64,000 nucleotides of DNA from a virus: IMG/VR virus record IMGVR_UViG_3300050120_000210, positions 64,001 through 128,000 of that record, one strand, 5' to 3'. The notes below the pieces were generated by a model that ran no database searches, was not told where the DNA came from, and was given only the letters and a program-made list of their open reading frames with translations. Both the position numbers and the translations under genes were made by a program. How positions within the stretch are numbered: the stretch's first letter is position 1; the number at the start of each line of letters is the position of its first letter. Below are positions 8,632 through 18,857 of this stretch, piece by piece.

Positions 8632-9357
8632 TCAAGCCATCTCCGCGTTTTCTTCTTCGTATTCTTGCATCTCCTTGATCCACTCTCTCCACGTCCGTTG
8701 AGCAGGACGGTCGAATTGGAAACCAAGTTGCTTCATCTTCGTGCGAAACTGGCGAGCGCCCAGCGAAGAATGATCTTCAAATCTCGTCTGTTCGAATTGG
8801 TTGCCGACGATCTTGAAACGATACCACGTCAAGCGTCGAGCATTCTCGTCGGACCTGTGCCAATGTTTGTGAATCATGTCCGAGATCAGCTTGGCGATTG
8901 CTCGACCTTCTTCCGCATCCTTGATCTTGCTGCTCAGTTTCGAGATGACGTTCTCCCCAGCATCGTCGTAGTCGATTCGGGTCATCTCGATCTGGCCAGC
9001 CTCACAGAATGCCAAGAAACTTTCGAACTTGTCATCGTCAGCGTGCCCACAGGCTTCGAGTTCGGAGAAATTGTCGAATCCAGTATAGTTCTGCATCGAC
9101 AACAGAACGTTGGCTTTGAAGTCGAGGACGACCAGACCGTAGCCCAGCGGGGCCAACGGAGCATCCTCGTGCATCGGTGTGCCGTCGCGCTCCATAACTT
9201 CCCGACATTCTTTGTAATGGGTGCGAACAGCATCTTCATCACGGTCGAGCATGACTTGCTTCGTCTTGATGAGATACGGCAACGGATTCGTCCACACATC
9301 CATGCAGCCCACTTCTCCATTAGAGAAACGCGTTGCGAAGGCGACAGCCCCACCCAT
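8632..9357 (-). CDS. Hypothetical protein
   Basis: 241 aa, TAATG coupling. Confidence 0.7.
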   Translation of the reverse strand: MGGAVAFATRFSNGEVGCMDVWTNPLPYLIKTKQVMLDRDEDAVRTHYKECREVMERDGTPMHEDAPLAPLGYGLVVLDFKANVLLSMQNYTGFDNFSELEACGHADDDKFESFLAFCEAGQIEMTRIDYDDAGENVISKLSSKIKDAEEGRAIAKLISDMIHKHWHRSDENARRLTWYRFKIVGNQFEQTRFEDHSSLGARQFRTKMKQLGFQFDRPAQRTWREWIKEMQEYEEENAEMA

Positions 9358-9851
9358 TATTTCTGCCTCTGGTAGGCGTCGCTGCGGGCTTCCTTGACCA
9401 TGTCGGTGAGATTGTCGAACATGGGGATGCCGTAGCGTTCGCAGACGATGTCCACGTTGCCTTTGCGATAGAACCCGTTAGGGCATGAGACGTAGGTGCC
9501 GAAACCTCGGCGATTGGCCGCGACGATCCCAAGCTCCATGAGCGTGATCGGCGACTTGGTGTTCGGGTCGAAATGGAAGACGATGATGTCGGCCTTGTCG
9601 ATCATGTCCAACTCCCAGTTCACCTGACAGTTGAACTCGGGACAGTCGATTTTCTGTTCCCACTCGGGGTTCCAGTCGTCGCGGCGAGGATTGAAGATCA
9701 CAGACGTGACCGACTCAAGTTCGGTAATCACCACCGGTTGCCAGTCTTCGGCCGCCCCCATCTCAATGCTTCCCGCGAGGAAAACAGAGGGCGCCTTCGT
9801 GCGCGGCGGCTTGAAGCGATAGATCGGAGGTTGGACGATGAGCGCGGTCAT
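9357..9851 (-). CDS. Nucleoside 2-deoxyribosyltransferase-like protein (in-frame extension to ~10016 possible)
   Basis: VFLAGSIEMG...WQ...NPRRDDW...QVNWEL...SPITLMELG. Confidence 0.85.
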   Translation of the reverse strand: MTALIVQPPIYRFKPPRTKAPSVFLAGSIEMGAAEDWQPVVITELESVTSVIFNPRRDDWNPEWEQKIDCPEFNCQVNWELDMIDKADIIVFHFDPNTKSPITLMELGIVAANRRGFGTYVSCPNGFYRKGNVDIVCERYGIPMFDNLTDMVKEARSDAYQRQK

Positions 9852-10015
9852 AGGCTTGACCTTAGTTGCGCGTATTTTTTTGGTCAACGACAATTTCGGT
9901 TGGCCACCCCAACGAGCGAATGCCGCTTTCTGAGCGATCTCGCGGCGGCGCGTTGGTGAGAGCGACTTCGCCCGTGCATTACCCCCGGCGACCTTCACTG
10001 GGTCTTTGGGCGACA

Positions 10016-10366
10016 TCACGCAAACTGCGATAATCGGCGGGCCGTCATCTTCAGACGTTTGCCTTCGATCTCGGCGTGCGGCGCCAGATAGACGAGGGTC
10101 ATCACCCGCTGAGATAGACTGTAGATGAGCACGGCGTCATCTCGTAGATGACAATGCCAGAAACCGGTGAGATCGCCGATCATCCGGCGGTCATGTTTGC
10201 CGTACCGAGCGGTCAAAGGATCGCGAATTTTGGTCTCGACGAACTTGTTGAGCTTGGTTCGTATGTCGGGGAACGTGGTCGCCATACGACCTACGCTGTC
10301 CTCGAACAGATCGCTCTTGGATAATCGCCACGCGGATACAGGCGATGAGACTAACGCTAAGGACAT
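10016..10366 (-). CDS. RelE/YafQ-family ribonuclease toxin-like protein
   Basis: HDRRMIGDLTGFWHCHLRDDAVLIY...LAPHAEI resembles the YafQ pattern DH.L.G...G.reCH...D.lLIY. Confidence 0.7.
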   Translation of the reverse strand: MSLALVSSPVSAWRLSKSDLFEDSVGRMATTFPDIRTKLNKFVETKIRDPLTARYGKHDRRMIGDLTGFWHCHLRDDAVLIYSLSQRVMTLVYLAPHAEIEGKRLKMTARRLSQFA

Positions 10367-10472
10367 GAGCCACCCGGCAGAGATGGAAGAAGGTCCGAAG
10401 AGTGTCGCCGATTCGAAAACGAGTTGCAAGACGCAATTTCGATGACGCTGCCCGAAAGACGCTAAATAGTCG

Positions 10473-11039
10473 GTGAGCCAGATCATCCATCCCGATATTG
10501 CGACGTATTTTCATGATGACCATGCTCATGTCCTTGACGAAGAATACTACAAGGACATCATGGTCAAAGTGGACCCCAATTGGCTACCCCACAATGACTA
10601 CTCCAAACTGATCCCCTACGTTCGATATGTTGCGACGAAGTCCAACATCATGAAGTTTTTCGTTCCGAACAAATACAACGGATGGAACACTTACGTTCAG
10701 TTCGTCGAATGGCAGGAACAAGTTGTCGATCTGGACCTGAAGGCCAACGAAGCTGCTCGGCTCCTGCTATGGGCGGGTAACATCCGGGTTCACTGCCCAT
10801 GCCCGGCATTCAAGTTCTGGGGGATGCAATACATCATGACGCAAAAGAATGCTGCGATCATCCCCGAGGTGCGCTATCCGCACATTCGGAACCCCCAACT
10901 CAAGGGCGTCGTGTGCAAGCACCTGAACCGCACGCTGAAAGTTCTACCGTTCCACCTTGGTGACATGGCCGGGTCGATCAAGGAACAGCGCAAGGCCATC
11001 GAAGCGGTCGCTAACGACGGGCACGTCCACGCTCACTAG
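10473..11039 (+). CDS. SWIM-type zinc-finger protein
   Basis: VHCPCPAF.FWG...CKHL; CTAAATA 4 nt before GTG. Confidence 0.75.
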   Translation: MSQIIHPDIATYFHDDHAHVLDEEYYKDIMVKVDPNWLPHNDYSKLIPYVRYVATKSNIMKFFVPNKYNGWNTYVQFVEWQEQVVDLDLKANEAARLLLWAGNIRVHCPCPAFKFWGMQYIMTQKNAAIIPEVRYPHIRNPQLKGVVCKHLNRTLKVLPFHLGDMAGSIKEQRKAIEAVANDGHVHAH

Positions 11040-11040
11040 A

Positions 11041-11490
11041 CTAGACTGGCCAATCCAAAGTCATTCGATTCGGATCGATATGCAGGCTGGTTTTCTCAAG
11101 AATATCCATACCGACGACGATGTCAGACAGCAGTTGCTCACAGACGCAAGCCTCTTCCATGGCAGTGATGCCAATCGTAGAACCGTTGGTCGATGACATC
11201 TGAATTTCAACGAAACGTGTTCTCGCCCGGCCATGAGCCGACGATGACCAACCACCAGTTGCGTGAATCAACGGCTTCGTTTTACCACGATAGGCCGTCA
11301 GCAGACGGGGATGAAATCTCGTGGCCGATGCTCCGGTATCAATGAACGCGATGATATCTTGCCATTGGTCGAAATCATCAAATCGAAGCCGAAGTTTTGC
11401 TCGCACCAATCGTCTTGCGATTTGGGGCAGCACACTATTGAACGACGTGATTTCGTAATCGATAGGAACTCTGTCCACGATCACCCCCAT
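11041..11490 (-). CDS. Retropepsin-like aspartic protease
   Basis: AFIDTGASAT and DIVVGMDIL motifs. Confidence 0.75.
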   Translation of the reverse strand: MGVIVDRVPIDYEITSFNSVLPQIARRLVRAKLRLRFDDFDQWQDIIAFIDTGASATRFHPRLLTAYRGKTKPLIHATGGWSSSAHGRARTRFVEIQMSSTNGSTIGITAMEEACVCEQLLSDIVVGMDILEKTSLHIDPNRMTLDWPV

Positions 11491-11529
11491 TTCTGTTCTC
11501 TTTTAGGTGAGGGCAGTGGGAGCATCAAC

Positions 11530-11558
11530 AAAAAAGGCCGGGAGATTTTCCCGGCCTT
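11530..11558 (-). terminator. Rho-independent terminator
   Basis: AAGGCCGGGA/TCCCGGCCTT plus U-tract. Confidence 0.75.
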
Positions 11559-11562
11559 CTTG

Positions 11563-12396
11563 CTATTTGCGGATCGTCCAAGCGTCGCAGGACAAGTTTG
11601 GATTTTCGAGGTAGGCGGCCGGAATCCAGAAGTTGCCAGCATCACCCCAATCTTCACCCCACGAGTTGCGAACCTCGTAGTAGTCACCGCCATTGATGTC
11701 GGTGTTGTAGCCGATCACGCAAACAGCGTGACCACCGGCGACCGAATCGTTACGGGTCGGCATCGGGACGAAGCCCGTGCGAGCCACTTCATCGGTTTCG
11801 AAGCTGCTATAGATAGTGATGCCCGTGATGAACGGGTGACCCTGTGCCAAGCAGTTACGGAAGTCAGTGCGGTTCTCAAGACGCGAGTATTCAACGGCGC
11901 GGCCTTGATCGGCTTCTTGAAGGACCGGCGGTGGGGGTTGGATCGTGAACTTGCTCTCGTCGTAAGGCCAATCGGCTTCCAGAGCCGCACCTTGGTTCAC
12001 GAGGACTTGGATCGCGTCGCGGATGAAAGCGCCATTGTCGCTGGCGACCGTGCCTTCCATCATGCGTTCGCAGTAGTAGATTTGGAGACGCGAGTAAGGA
12101 CCACCGCCATGGACAAACGCCCACATGGCGCCAGAGGCGTTGGCAGTGCAGGAACCGAGTTGACCTTGATTGAAGACCGGCGGCATGTGGCCGCGCAGGC
12201 TGATGGCCAGCGGGAAGCCATCCGCGCCCATGCCGGTCGGGCCGACGACGGCAGTGACGTTGTGGACCGCAGTCGGATCGACCGGGGCGACGACGGCCTT
12301 TAGGGCTTGAGCTTCCGGCGAATGAACGTCGCGATAGAAGAGATCGCGGAAATCAGGAAGGTCCGGCTTCCAACCGTATTTTGCAATGGAACGCAT
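11563..12396 (-). CDS. Papain-like (C1A) cysteine protease
   Basis: QGQLGSCTANA, GGHAV, RNSWG catalytic motifs; TTAAATA upstream. Confidence 0.92.
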   Translation of the reverse strand: MRSIAKYGWKPDLPDFRDLFYRDVHSPEAQALKAVVAPVDPTAVHNVTAVVGPTGMGADGFPLAISLRGHMPPVFNQGQLGSCTANASGAMWAFVHGGGPYSRLQIYYCERMMEGTVASDNGAFIRDAIQVLVNQGAALEADWPYDESKFTIQPPPPVLQEADQGRAVEYSRLENRTDFRNCLAQGHPFITGITIYSSFETDEVARTGFVPMPTRNDSVAGGHAVCVIGYNTDINGGDYYEVRNSWGEDWGDAGNFWIPAAYLENPNLSCDAWTIRK

Positions 12397-12707
12397 TTAC
12401 TTTCACCAAGTTCGAGGTGAGAGTATTTAATGGGCTGCGCTCGATCAAAAAGTGCATATACTTTCATCGCGGCAAGGAACCGCGCTGCCTCTGCACTATA
12501 GAATTTCCACCCATCTTGTGCCGGATTGTGCCCAGATGCCAAGCTCATTGCTTTGGCAATCGCTTCAATCTCTTCGGGTGGGAATGTAGTCTTGTTTTTC
12601 TTAGCCCAACGGCTGTCCGAAATTGTCACCGCAACGACCAGTGCGACAAGGCCAAGAAGTAATCCGGCCATCACAAGCAGCGGCACATAGGAGAGAAATT
12701 CTTTCAT
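12300..12707 (-). CDS. Membrane-anchored hypothetical protein
   Basis: N-terminal TM segment; EEIEAIAKAM..W..Y motif; 3' end overlaps the protease start. Confidence 0.55.
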   Translation of the reverse strand: MKEFLSYVPLLVMAGLLLGLVALVVAVTISDSRWAKKNKTTFPPEEIEAIAKAMSLASGHNPAQDGWKFYSAEAARFLAAMKVYALFDRAQPIKYSHLELGESKCVPLQNTVGSRTFLISAISSIATFIRRKLKP

Positions 12708-12940
12708 CGAGCGAAATGCCGCCAGATGGTGCGGACGCCAATCGCCCACGGCCCAACGACCAGTGCCGCGAAGACGATCAGGCCGCCGACGTAGTAGACG
12801 TTCGTGAAGATGATCTTGCCGTCTTCGAGGCGGCGTTGGCCCCACGAAAATTTTGCCCGGCGTTCTTTCTCTTGTTCGGCCCAGAGGTGCACAAATAGCG
12901 CCGGGGCTCTCACGGCATCCGATAAGTCGATTTTTCTCAT
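12704..12940 (-). CDS. Small membrane protein
   Basis: AAGGA SD, C-terminal hydrophobic stretch. Confidence 0.6.
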   Translation of the reverse strand: MRKIDLSDAVRAPALFVHLWAEQEKERRAKFSWGQRRLEDGKIIFTNVYYVGGLIVFAALVVGPWAIGVRTIWRHFAR

Positions 12941-13404
12941 GCGATCCTTTCTTTGCGCGGGAAACGGGCTGCTAGCACCAACAGGGCTGGATTTTCCGGC
13001 GGGAGTGTCTTTGCCCATTCTAGCAGCTTCGCCTTGCCGATGCGACGATCAGAGGCACGGAGAATGTCACCAAGCTCCCACTGATCGTTCGTCAGATCAT
13101 CGAACAGTTCCTCGCGCGGCCGACTGACGTAGTCGTCAAGCGTGAAGCTGGCGAAGCACTGATTATCCAGCCAGTAGCGGATAGCAGGAAGACGCGTATC
13201 CTGATTCTTCGATCCGGTAATGAACTTGCCCGGAAATTCCCAGATGATCTCGCGGTTCAGACGTACATTGTAGTAGGGCAGTTCGTAGCTGCTGTGGTTT
13301 GTCTGGTATCGATAGGACGTGCATTGCATATCGACACCTAATCCTTCGACGAAGAAGGATTCGATGAGCTTCTTGCGCTTGCTCCAAGGGGTATGGCGAC
13401 TCAT
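12937..13404 (-). CDS. Conserved hypothetical protein (SF0329-like)
   Basis: WSKRKKLIESFF...DRRIGK. Confidence 0.65.
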   Translation of the reverse strand: MSRHTPWSKRKKLIESFFVEGLGVDMQCTSYRYQTNHSSYELPYYNVRLNREIIWEFPGKFITGSKNQDTRLPAIRYWLDNQCFASFTLDDYVSRPREELFDDLTNDQWELGDILRASDRRIGKAKLLEWAKTLPPENPALLVLAARFPRKERIA

Positions 13405-13922
13405 TCCAATCCTGACAATTTGTCACCAAGTTCTACGCGGATCATGGTCATGTCGTTCTCGAAGAACTCCTGTGACCCACGAAACTCAGCAAGATAAACT
13501 TCACCATACTTCAAGACATAGAAGATTGCCATTTCTGATGAGTTCTGTGACATCTTGCCGGGGTAATTTCCTTCCCTAGCACGTTCGAAGTCATCGAAGA
13601 AACCGGGCATGAAAGTCATACTCGCAACTTCGATGTGATGCAGGTTGCCTCTCATGTCTTTGACAGTATTGACCAAATTCTCACGAGGCATCCGCAGACC
13701 GATATCAATGGCCCATCGACCGGGTGATCGAACCATGTGCTCATGCGGTTCACCCGGCGACGTGCTCACATCTCCCAAATTCGTGCGATATTCTCGCCCG
13801 AGCAGATGGGCGTAAACTACTCGGCTTGCCTGCCGCCGCCCAGTCTTCAGCAGATAACGCATGAAGACACGAAGATCGGCCAGCATCGGATAATCCTTGC
13901 TGAGCAACACCCGCGCCTTCAT
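13401..13922 (-). CDS. Hypothetical protein, divergent LLRMF family member
   Basis: LLGREY..SPGRWAI; ends GSQEFFENDMTMIRV; start uncertain. Confidence 0.6.
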   Translation of the reverse strand: MKARVLLSKDYPMLADLRVFMRYLLKTGRRQASRVVYAHLLGREYRTNLGDVSTSPGEPHEHMVRSPGRWAIDIGLRMPRENLVNTVKDMRGNLHHIEVASMTFMPGFFDDFERAREGNYPGKMSQNSSEMAIFYVLKYGEVYLAEFRGSQEFFENDMTMIRVELGDKLSGLE

Positions 13923-13929
13923 GTGATCG

Positions 13930-16740
13930 TTATTCAATGGGGGTCGCGTCCCAATGGGCAACCGCATCCGCATCCCGCGCCGACAAATCGGGGTAGCGAG
14001 GGTCGCTCCCGACATCGGTCGTGATCCGCCGCGAGCGAGCGCACTTCGTGCCTTCGGCCGGAAGAACCAAGATCGACACTTCTTCGGCCAGAGCGATGAC
14101 CGCTTGGCTCGTGCGGAACACATCCTCCGCTTCGATCCCGTCGAACGCATCGAACAGGTCTTGCGGGAGATACACGATCACCTTCGCATCGAGCGCCGAG
14201 CCGATCTCCTTGGCCGCCCGCTTCTCTTCGAGAACCGGCGTGACCAACGACAGGACGTGGCGGACCTTCGTCCAGCGTTCGTTCTCGACCGCACACATGG
14301 GGGCTTGAGCGCCCATATGGGGAGTTGGACCGAATCGCCCAGCGAGCCCCGGCATTTGCATGTGGTCGCTCATTTCGGCCACGGTATAGGGCAGGATCGG
14401 CGCCAGCCATTGGGCCATAACCGACACGATATGGAACAACGTCGCGCGACAGGCCAGACGACGGACACTGTCCGATCTGTCACAATAAAGCGCGTCCTTG
14501 CGGATGTCGAAGTAGAACGCCGACAGATCATTCGTGCTGAAATCAAGCAGCAATTTGCAGACATCGTTGAACCGATATTCACGATATGCAGCTTCAATTT
14601 GCGGCGTCAATTCATGCAGCAAATAGAGCATGTATTTTTCGAGCGGAGGATACTCATAGAAGAGATCATCGCGGGTCTCGCCGGGGCCGTCACCAAATCC
14701 CTGCAAATTGCTCACGAGATAGCGCAGCGTGTTCCGCAGCCGCTTATACATGCTGGCCGTAGTCTTGAGGATTTCGTCACCGACGCGGGTATCCTGCGTG
14801 TAGTCGCCCAACGCGACCCACAGACGCAACACGTCAGTGCCGTATTTCTTAGCCTCGACAAGAGGATCAACGACGTTGCCCTCGCTCTTCGACATTTTCT
14901 TCCCCTTGTCGTCGAGGACGAAGCCATGGGTCAGAACTGAGCGGAACGGAAGCGCGTCCGCCATTGCAACGCCGACAAGCGCGGACGATCCGAACCAGCC
15001 ACGCGCCTGATCGGAGCCTTCGAGATAGAGATCGGCGGGTGGATTATCGTCGCCTGTCAACAGATGGCTGCACCCACTATCGAACCAGACATCGAGCACA
15101 TCCATGACCATCTCGAACTCGTGTTCGCGGCCCGCGTATTCCGTGTGCGCGAACCATTCCGCGATACTGAACTTCCACCAAGCATCACCGCCGTGAGCGG
15201 TGAAGGCGTTGTTGATCTTGGAGTTCAGTGCATCACTGAGCAACGGCTTACCCGTTTCCTTGTTCAGGAAAATCGCCATGGGCGTCCCCCAAACACGTTG
15301 GCGGCTAACCAACCAGTCAGGCCGGGACTCGACGGCCGCCCGCAAGCGATTGCCGCCGGACTCCGGCAGGAAGGTCACGTCTTCCAGTTCGCGCAGCGCA
15401 TTCACGCGGATGTCTTCAATGGCATCCATCGAAATGAACCACTGCGGCGTAGTGCGGTAGATCAGCGGCGCCTTGGAACGCCACGAATGCGGATAGTTGA
15501 TCGTCACTTTCTCGGACGAGAGCACGGTTTCGTTGACCGCCAAGAGCTTGATGATCTTCGCGTTCGTGAACTCGAAGATGTAGTCGCCCTTCGGCGTCTG
15601 CTCCAAGACTGACACTCCGGCCAATCCATGCACGTTCGATGTGTAGCGACCATCACCGCCCACGGTGGTTGGCACTTCTCCGAGGCGCGCTTCGTTCCAG
15701 CAAACAAAATCTTCGGGACCATGCTCTGGTGCAATGTGGACGAGGCCCGTCCCGGTGTCCGACGTGACGTGCTTGGCCGGGATCAGCGGCACGGAAAAAT
15801 GGAAACCACCGTCCTCGAACGCGCCACGAAGCGGATGCTCGCACGTCACTCCAACGGGGTTGAAATCTTCGACGAAGTCATATTCCGTCACCTTGATCGC
15901 GGCCATGGTTGCTTCAACCAGAGCTTTAGCCATGACGAGTTTATCGCCAACAGAAACGCTCTCGTTCGCGCTGGCAGTGACCTTGTAGGTGCCGTATTCG
16001 ATGGCAGGGTTGTAGGCCACAGCCCGGTTGGCAGGCAGTGTCCAAGGCGTCGTCGTCCAGATCACCACGCTGGTGTCTGCCAGACCTTCCAACCAGAATC
16101 GAACGTGCACCGAGGTTACACGAATATCGGCTTTCACCACTTCCGCTTCAGCAAGCGCCGTTTCTTCCACTACGCTCCACAGCACTGGCTTCACGCCGCG
16201 ATAGAGCATGTTGGACATCATCATCATGTGAAGCGTCTGAGAGATGGTCGCTTCGGATTTGAAGTCCATCGTCAAGTAGGGGTTGTTCCAGTCACCGACC
16301 ACACCGAGCGACTTGAACTGCGTGCGCTGAGCATCCACCCAGCCTTTCGCATAGTCGCGGCAAAGCTGGCGAAACTCCGGCGCCGTGTAGTCAGATTTGT
16401 TTTGCCCTGCGGCGAGCAGGTTCTTTTCAACTTGCCACTCGATGGGCAGTCCATGGCAATCCCAGCCCGGAATATACTCGACGTTCTGGCCAGCCGCCCA
16501 GCGCGAACGCACGACGAAATCCTTGAGGATTTTGTTGAGTGCGTGGCCCATGTGGATGTCACCGTTGGCGTAGGGCGGCCCGTCGTGCAGCACGAAGGTT
16601 GCCCGGCCCCGCCACCGGATGCTCATCTCGTCTTCGTAGTGACTCGCGAACCGAGCACGAATCCCCGCCTCGTCCTTAACCCCTTGAAGGGAAAAGTCCG
16701 TCTTCGGCAGGAAAAGTGTCTCTTTGTAATCGCGGGTCAT
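13930..16740 (-). CDS. ileS: Isoleucyl-tRNA synthetase (type 1)
   Basis: DGPPYANG.IHMGH, PGWDCHGLPIE, WTTTPWTLPAN and GTGLVH editing motifs, KMSKS; C-term KCARS..DPRYPDLS.RDA as in alphaproteobacteria. Confidence 0.97.
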   Translation of the reverse strand: MTRDYKETLFLPKTDFSLQGVKDEAGIRARFASHYEDEMSIRWRGRATFVLHDGPPYANGDIHMGHALNKILKDFVVRSRWAAGQNVEYIPGWDCHGLPIEWQVEKNLLAAGQNKSDYTAPEFRQLCRDYAKGWVDAQRTQFKSLGVVGDWNNPYLTMDFKSEATISQTLHMMMMSNMLYRGVKPVLWSVVEETALAEAEVVKADIRVTSVHVRFWLEGLADTSVVIWTTTPWTLPANRAVAYNPAIEYGTYKVTASANESVSVGDKLVMAKALVEATMAAIKVTEYDFVEDFNPVGVTCEHPLRGAFEDGGFHFSVPLIPAKHVTSDTGTGLVHIAPEHGPEDFVCWNEARLGEVPTTVGGDGRYTSNVHGLAGVSVLEQTPKGDYIFEFTNAKIIKLLAVNETVLSSEKVTINYPHSWRSKAPLIYRTTPQWFISMDAIEDIRVNALRELEDVTFLPESGGNRLRAAVESRPDWLVSRQRVWGTPMAIFLNKETGKPLLSDALNSKINNAFTAHGGDAWWKFSIAEWFAHTEYAGREHEFEMVMDVLDVWFDSGCSHLLTGDDNPPADLYLEGSDQARGWFGSSALVGVAMADALPFRSVLTHGFVLDDKGKKMSKSEGNVVDPLVEAKKYGTDVLRLWVALGDYTQDTRVGDEILKTTASMYKRLRNTLRYLVSNLQGFGDGPGETRDDLFYEYPPLEKYMLYLLHELTPQIEAAYREYRFNDVCKLLLDFSTNDLSAFYFDIRKDALYCDRSDSVRRLACRATLFHIVSVMAQWLAPILPYTVAEMSDHMQMPGLAGRFGPTPHMGAQAPMCAVENERWTKVRHVLSLVTPVLEEKRAAKEIGSALDAKVIVYLPQDLFDAFDGIEAEDVFRTSQAVIALAEEVSILVLPAEGTKCARSRRITTDVGSDPRYPDLSARDADAVAHWDATPIE

Positions 16741-16763
16741 TGGCACTCCAATATCAATCGGCA

Positions 16764-16796
16764 ATTATCGGTTTCGTTTACGAATTTGTCAACGAA
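16764..16796 (-). promoter_or_regulatory. Sigma70-like promoter for ileS
   Basis: TTCGTTGACA-N17-GATAAT. Confidence 0.7.
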
Positions 16797-17058
16797 CCAA
16801 ACCGTGGCTTCGGAGCAATTTTGTCAGACGTTGCGAGTGGGTGTAGAACACCTCTTCGCGCATTGGGCGGGGCGCCACAGTTTCGTAAAGAGCCAGTCTG
16901 GCGCCATCGTTGCGATACATCTCCAAACCGGCAAGCGTCTTGCGATCCGAAGTGCAAACCAGCACGAGATAGTTTCGCACGAGAGCCGCAGATAGATCAT
17001 GCTCCATGGCGTAGACCATCGCGATCTTGTCGATGGTGAGCTTGTCCTCCGGGCTCAT
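16789..17058 (-). CDS. Hypothetical protein
   Basis: Coupled ORF. Confidence 0.65.
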   Translation of the reverse strand: MSPEDKLTIDKIAMVYAMEHDLSAALVRNYLVLVCTSDRKTLAGLEMYRNDGARLALYETVAPRPMREEVFYTHSQRLTKLLRSHGLVR

Positions 17059-17384
17059 AGCGGCACCAAATCGTAGGGATGCGGCACTTCGCCGTTGAGG
17101 AAGGCGGCGGCGTCGCGCTGGCGATCCGTTGTGGCCTGCGCGCGCTCATTGGTGGACCAACCGTTGATGCCCACTGCCTGAATGAGGCCAGCGCGGAGTA
17201 GACGCATCAGCGACAAGCGGACGCGCTCATAGGCATCTTCGAACGGCATCCCTTGCTCTTCCAGCAGACGCACGTAGAAAATCTTGCCCACGCCTCCCGG
17301 CCGGTAGACATCGTTCATTTTTTCCATGAGGGCGTGAGTATCGGTCTTGGCGACGATCCACACGTCGAGTTCGTCGTCCGTCAT
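17055..17384 (-). CDS. Hypothetical protein
   Basis: Coupled ORF. Confidence 0.65.
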   Translation of the reverse strand: MTDDELDVWIVAKTDTHALMEKMNDVYRPGGVGKIFYVRLLEEQGMPFEDAYERVRLSLMRLLRAGLIQAVGINGWSTNERAQATTDRQRDAAAFLNGEVPHPYDLVPL

Positions 17385-17722
17385 GGCGTCAGCATCGACG
17401 GCGTGATCCCGAGCACCGGGAACGTGTTTTCGAACTGGACTACATCCGAGAAACGTTCCAGCAGGACGAAGTAATCGGCATCGCCGTGGTTATGCAGACG
17501 CACGGCGGGGTGATCCTTGTAGGGGAAGTCATTTCCCATGTGCCAACGACCCTGCGTGTTGTCGAACAGCCATTGGCTGACTTCCATTTGGAACATGCAG
17601 AAATCGAAACCCGGCTTATCGGAAGCCTCAAGACGGAAGCAATAGAACCCGTCGTCGAGACCGGCATAACCGATATCGAACTTTCCGGGGTGGTTCACGT
17701 CGTATGGGTTCGCTGTGCTCAT
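17381..17722 (-). CDS. Small protein, DAxLFKMF family (divergent)
   Basis: EVSQWLFDNTQGRW...LERFSDVVQF; promoter TTGACG-N16-CATAGT ends 6 nt before ATG. Confidence 0.7.
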   Translation of the reverse strand: MSTANPYDVNHPGKFDIGYAGLDDGFYCFRLEASDKPGFDFCMFQMEVSQWLFDNTQGRWHMGNDFPYKDHPAVRLHNHGDADYFVLLERFSDVVQFENTFPVLGITPSMLTP

Positions 17723-17941
17723 GACCAAACTATGCCATGGAAATGGTTTTCGTCAACGAAAATGGTCATCTTTTCGGCGACCAGTGTTCGATATATGACA
17801 GTAACGTGAAGTTGTAAAAATGTGATCTGAGAATCAATAGCTCAGCTTAGAATTGCCATCAGGTTCGTATAAATATTCGCGGACCCCAATCCACGCCCGC
17901 CGATCTCGATTTCTCAACCAGTAAACCCTTTTGGGAGCCGT

Positions 17942-18856
17942 ATGCACCCGTCGCAGCTTCATGTAATCAGCGTCATTTCTAACCCGGTGCGGTATAAATC
18001 GCGCACCCGTCTATTTCAAGACTTCATGAACCGCAATCAGACTAGCGGTGCGACACATTGGTATATCGAGGCCGCGTTCGGAGATCGCCCGTTTGAGGTG
18101 ACCAACGCCCTCGATCCCCACCACATTCAGGTCCGCTGCGATCATGAAATCTGGATCAAAGAGAACATGGTCAACAAGGCCGTGTCCATGCTGCCGAAAG
18201 ATTGGGAATACGTCATGTGGATGGACGGCGACATCGAGTTCGTCCGGCCGAACTGGCAGATCGAAGTCCTCGAAGCCCTTCAGCACTATTCCGTTGTCCA
18301 ACCTTTCAGCCACGCGCTAGACATGGGTCCGAACTTTGAGGGCCTGACCGAGAAGCTCGCCACGAGCTTCGCCTACTGCCTGAACTCTGGAATGCAGTTC
18401 GACGCCAAGTACGGCCCGCACTGGCACCCCGGCTATACGTGGGCATGGCGCCGAGACGCATGGGATTCCGTGGGCGGCATGATCGACCTCGCTATCTGCG
18501 GTTCCGGCGATGACCACATGGCCAAGGGTCTGATCGGCAAAGCGGATCGTTCGCTGCCGAAAGGTCTGCATCCGAACTACACCCACATGGTCAAGCAGTG
18601 GGAAGAACGCGCCGTGCGTCACATCAAGCAGAACATCGGCCACGTTCCCGGCACGATCTTGCACCACTTCCACGGCTTCAAGAAAGATCGCAACTACTGG
18701 AACCGCTGGGATATCCTGAAGAACAACCAATACGACCCCTACACCGACGTGTGCAAGGATTCCCAAGGAATGCTGCAACTGGTGGACAACGGGAAATATG
18801 GCCTGCGAGATGGTCTGCGGAACTACTTCCGCGAGCGCAAAGAAGACCTGATCTAA
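17942..18856 (+). CDS. Glycosyltransferase-like protein (GT-A fold)
   Basis: WIKENMVN, WMDGD (DxD), HPGYTWA, GSGD, HHFHG; TATAAATA at 17868-17875. Confidence 0.7.
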   Translation: MHPSQLHVISVISNPVRYKSRTRLFQDFMNRNQTSGATHWYIEAAFGDRPFEVTNALDPHHIQVRCDHEIWIKENMVNKAVSMLPKDWEYVMWMDGDIEFVRPNWQIEVLEALQHYSVVQPFSHALDMGPNFEGLTEKLATSFAYCLNSGMQFDAKYGPHWHPGYTWAWRRDAWDSVGGMIDLAICGSGDDHMAKGLIGKADRSLPKGLHPNYTHMVKQWEERAVRHIKQNIGHVPGTILHHFHGFKKDRNYWNRWDILKNNQYDPYTDVCKDSQGMLQLVDNGKYGLRDGLRNYFRERKEDLI

Positions 18857-18857
18857 A

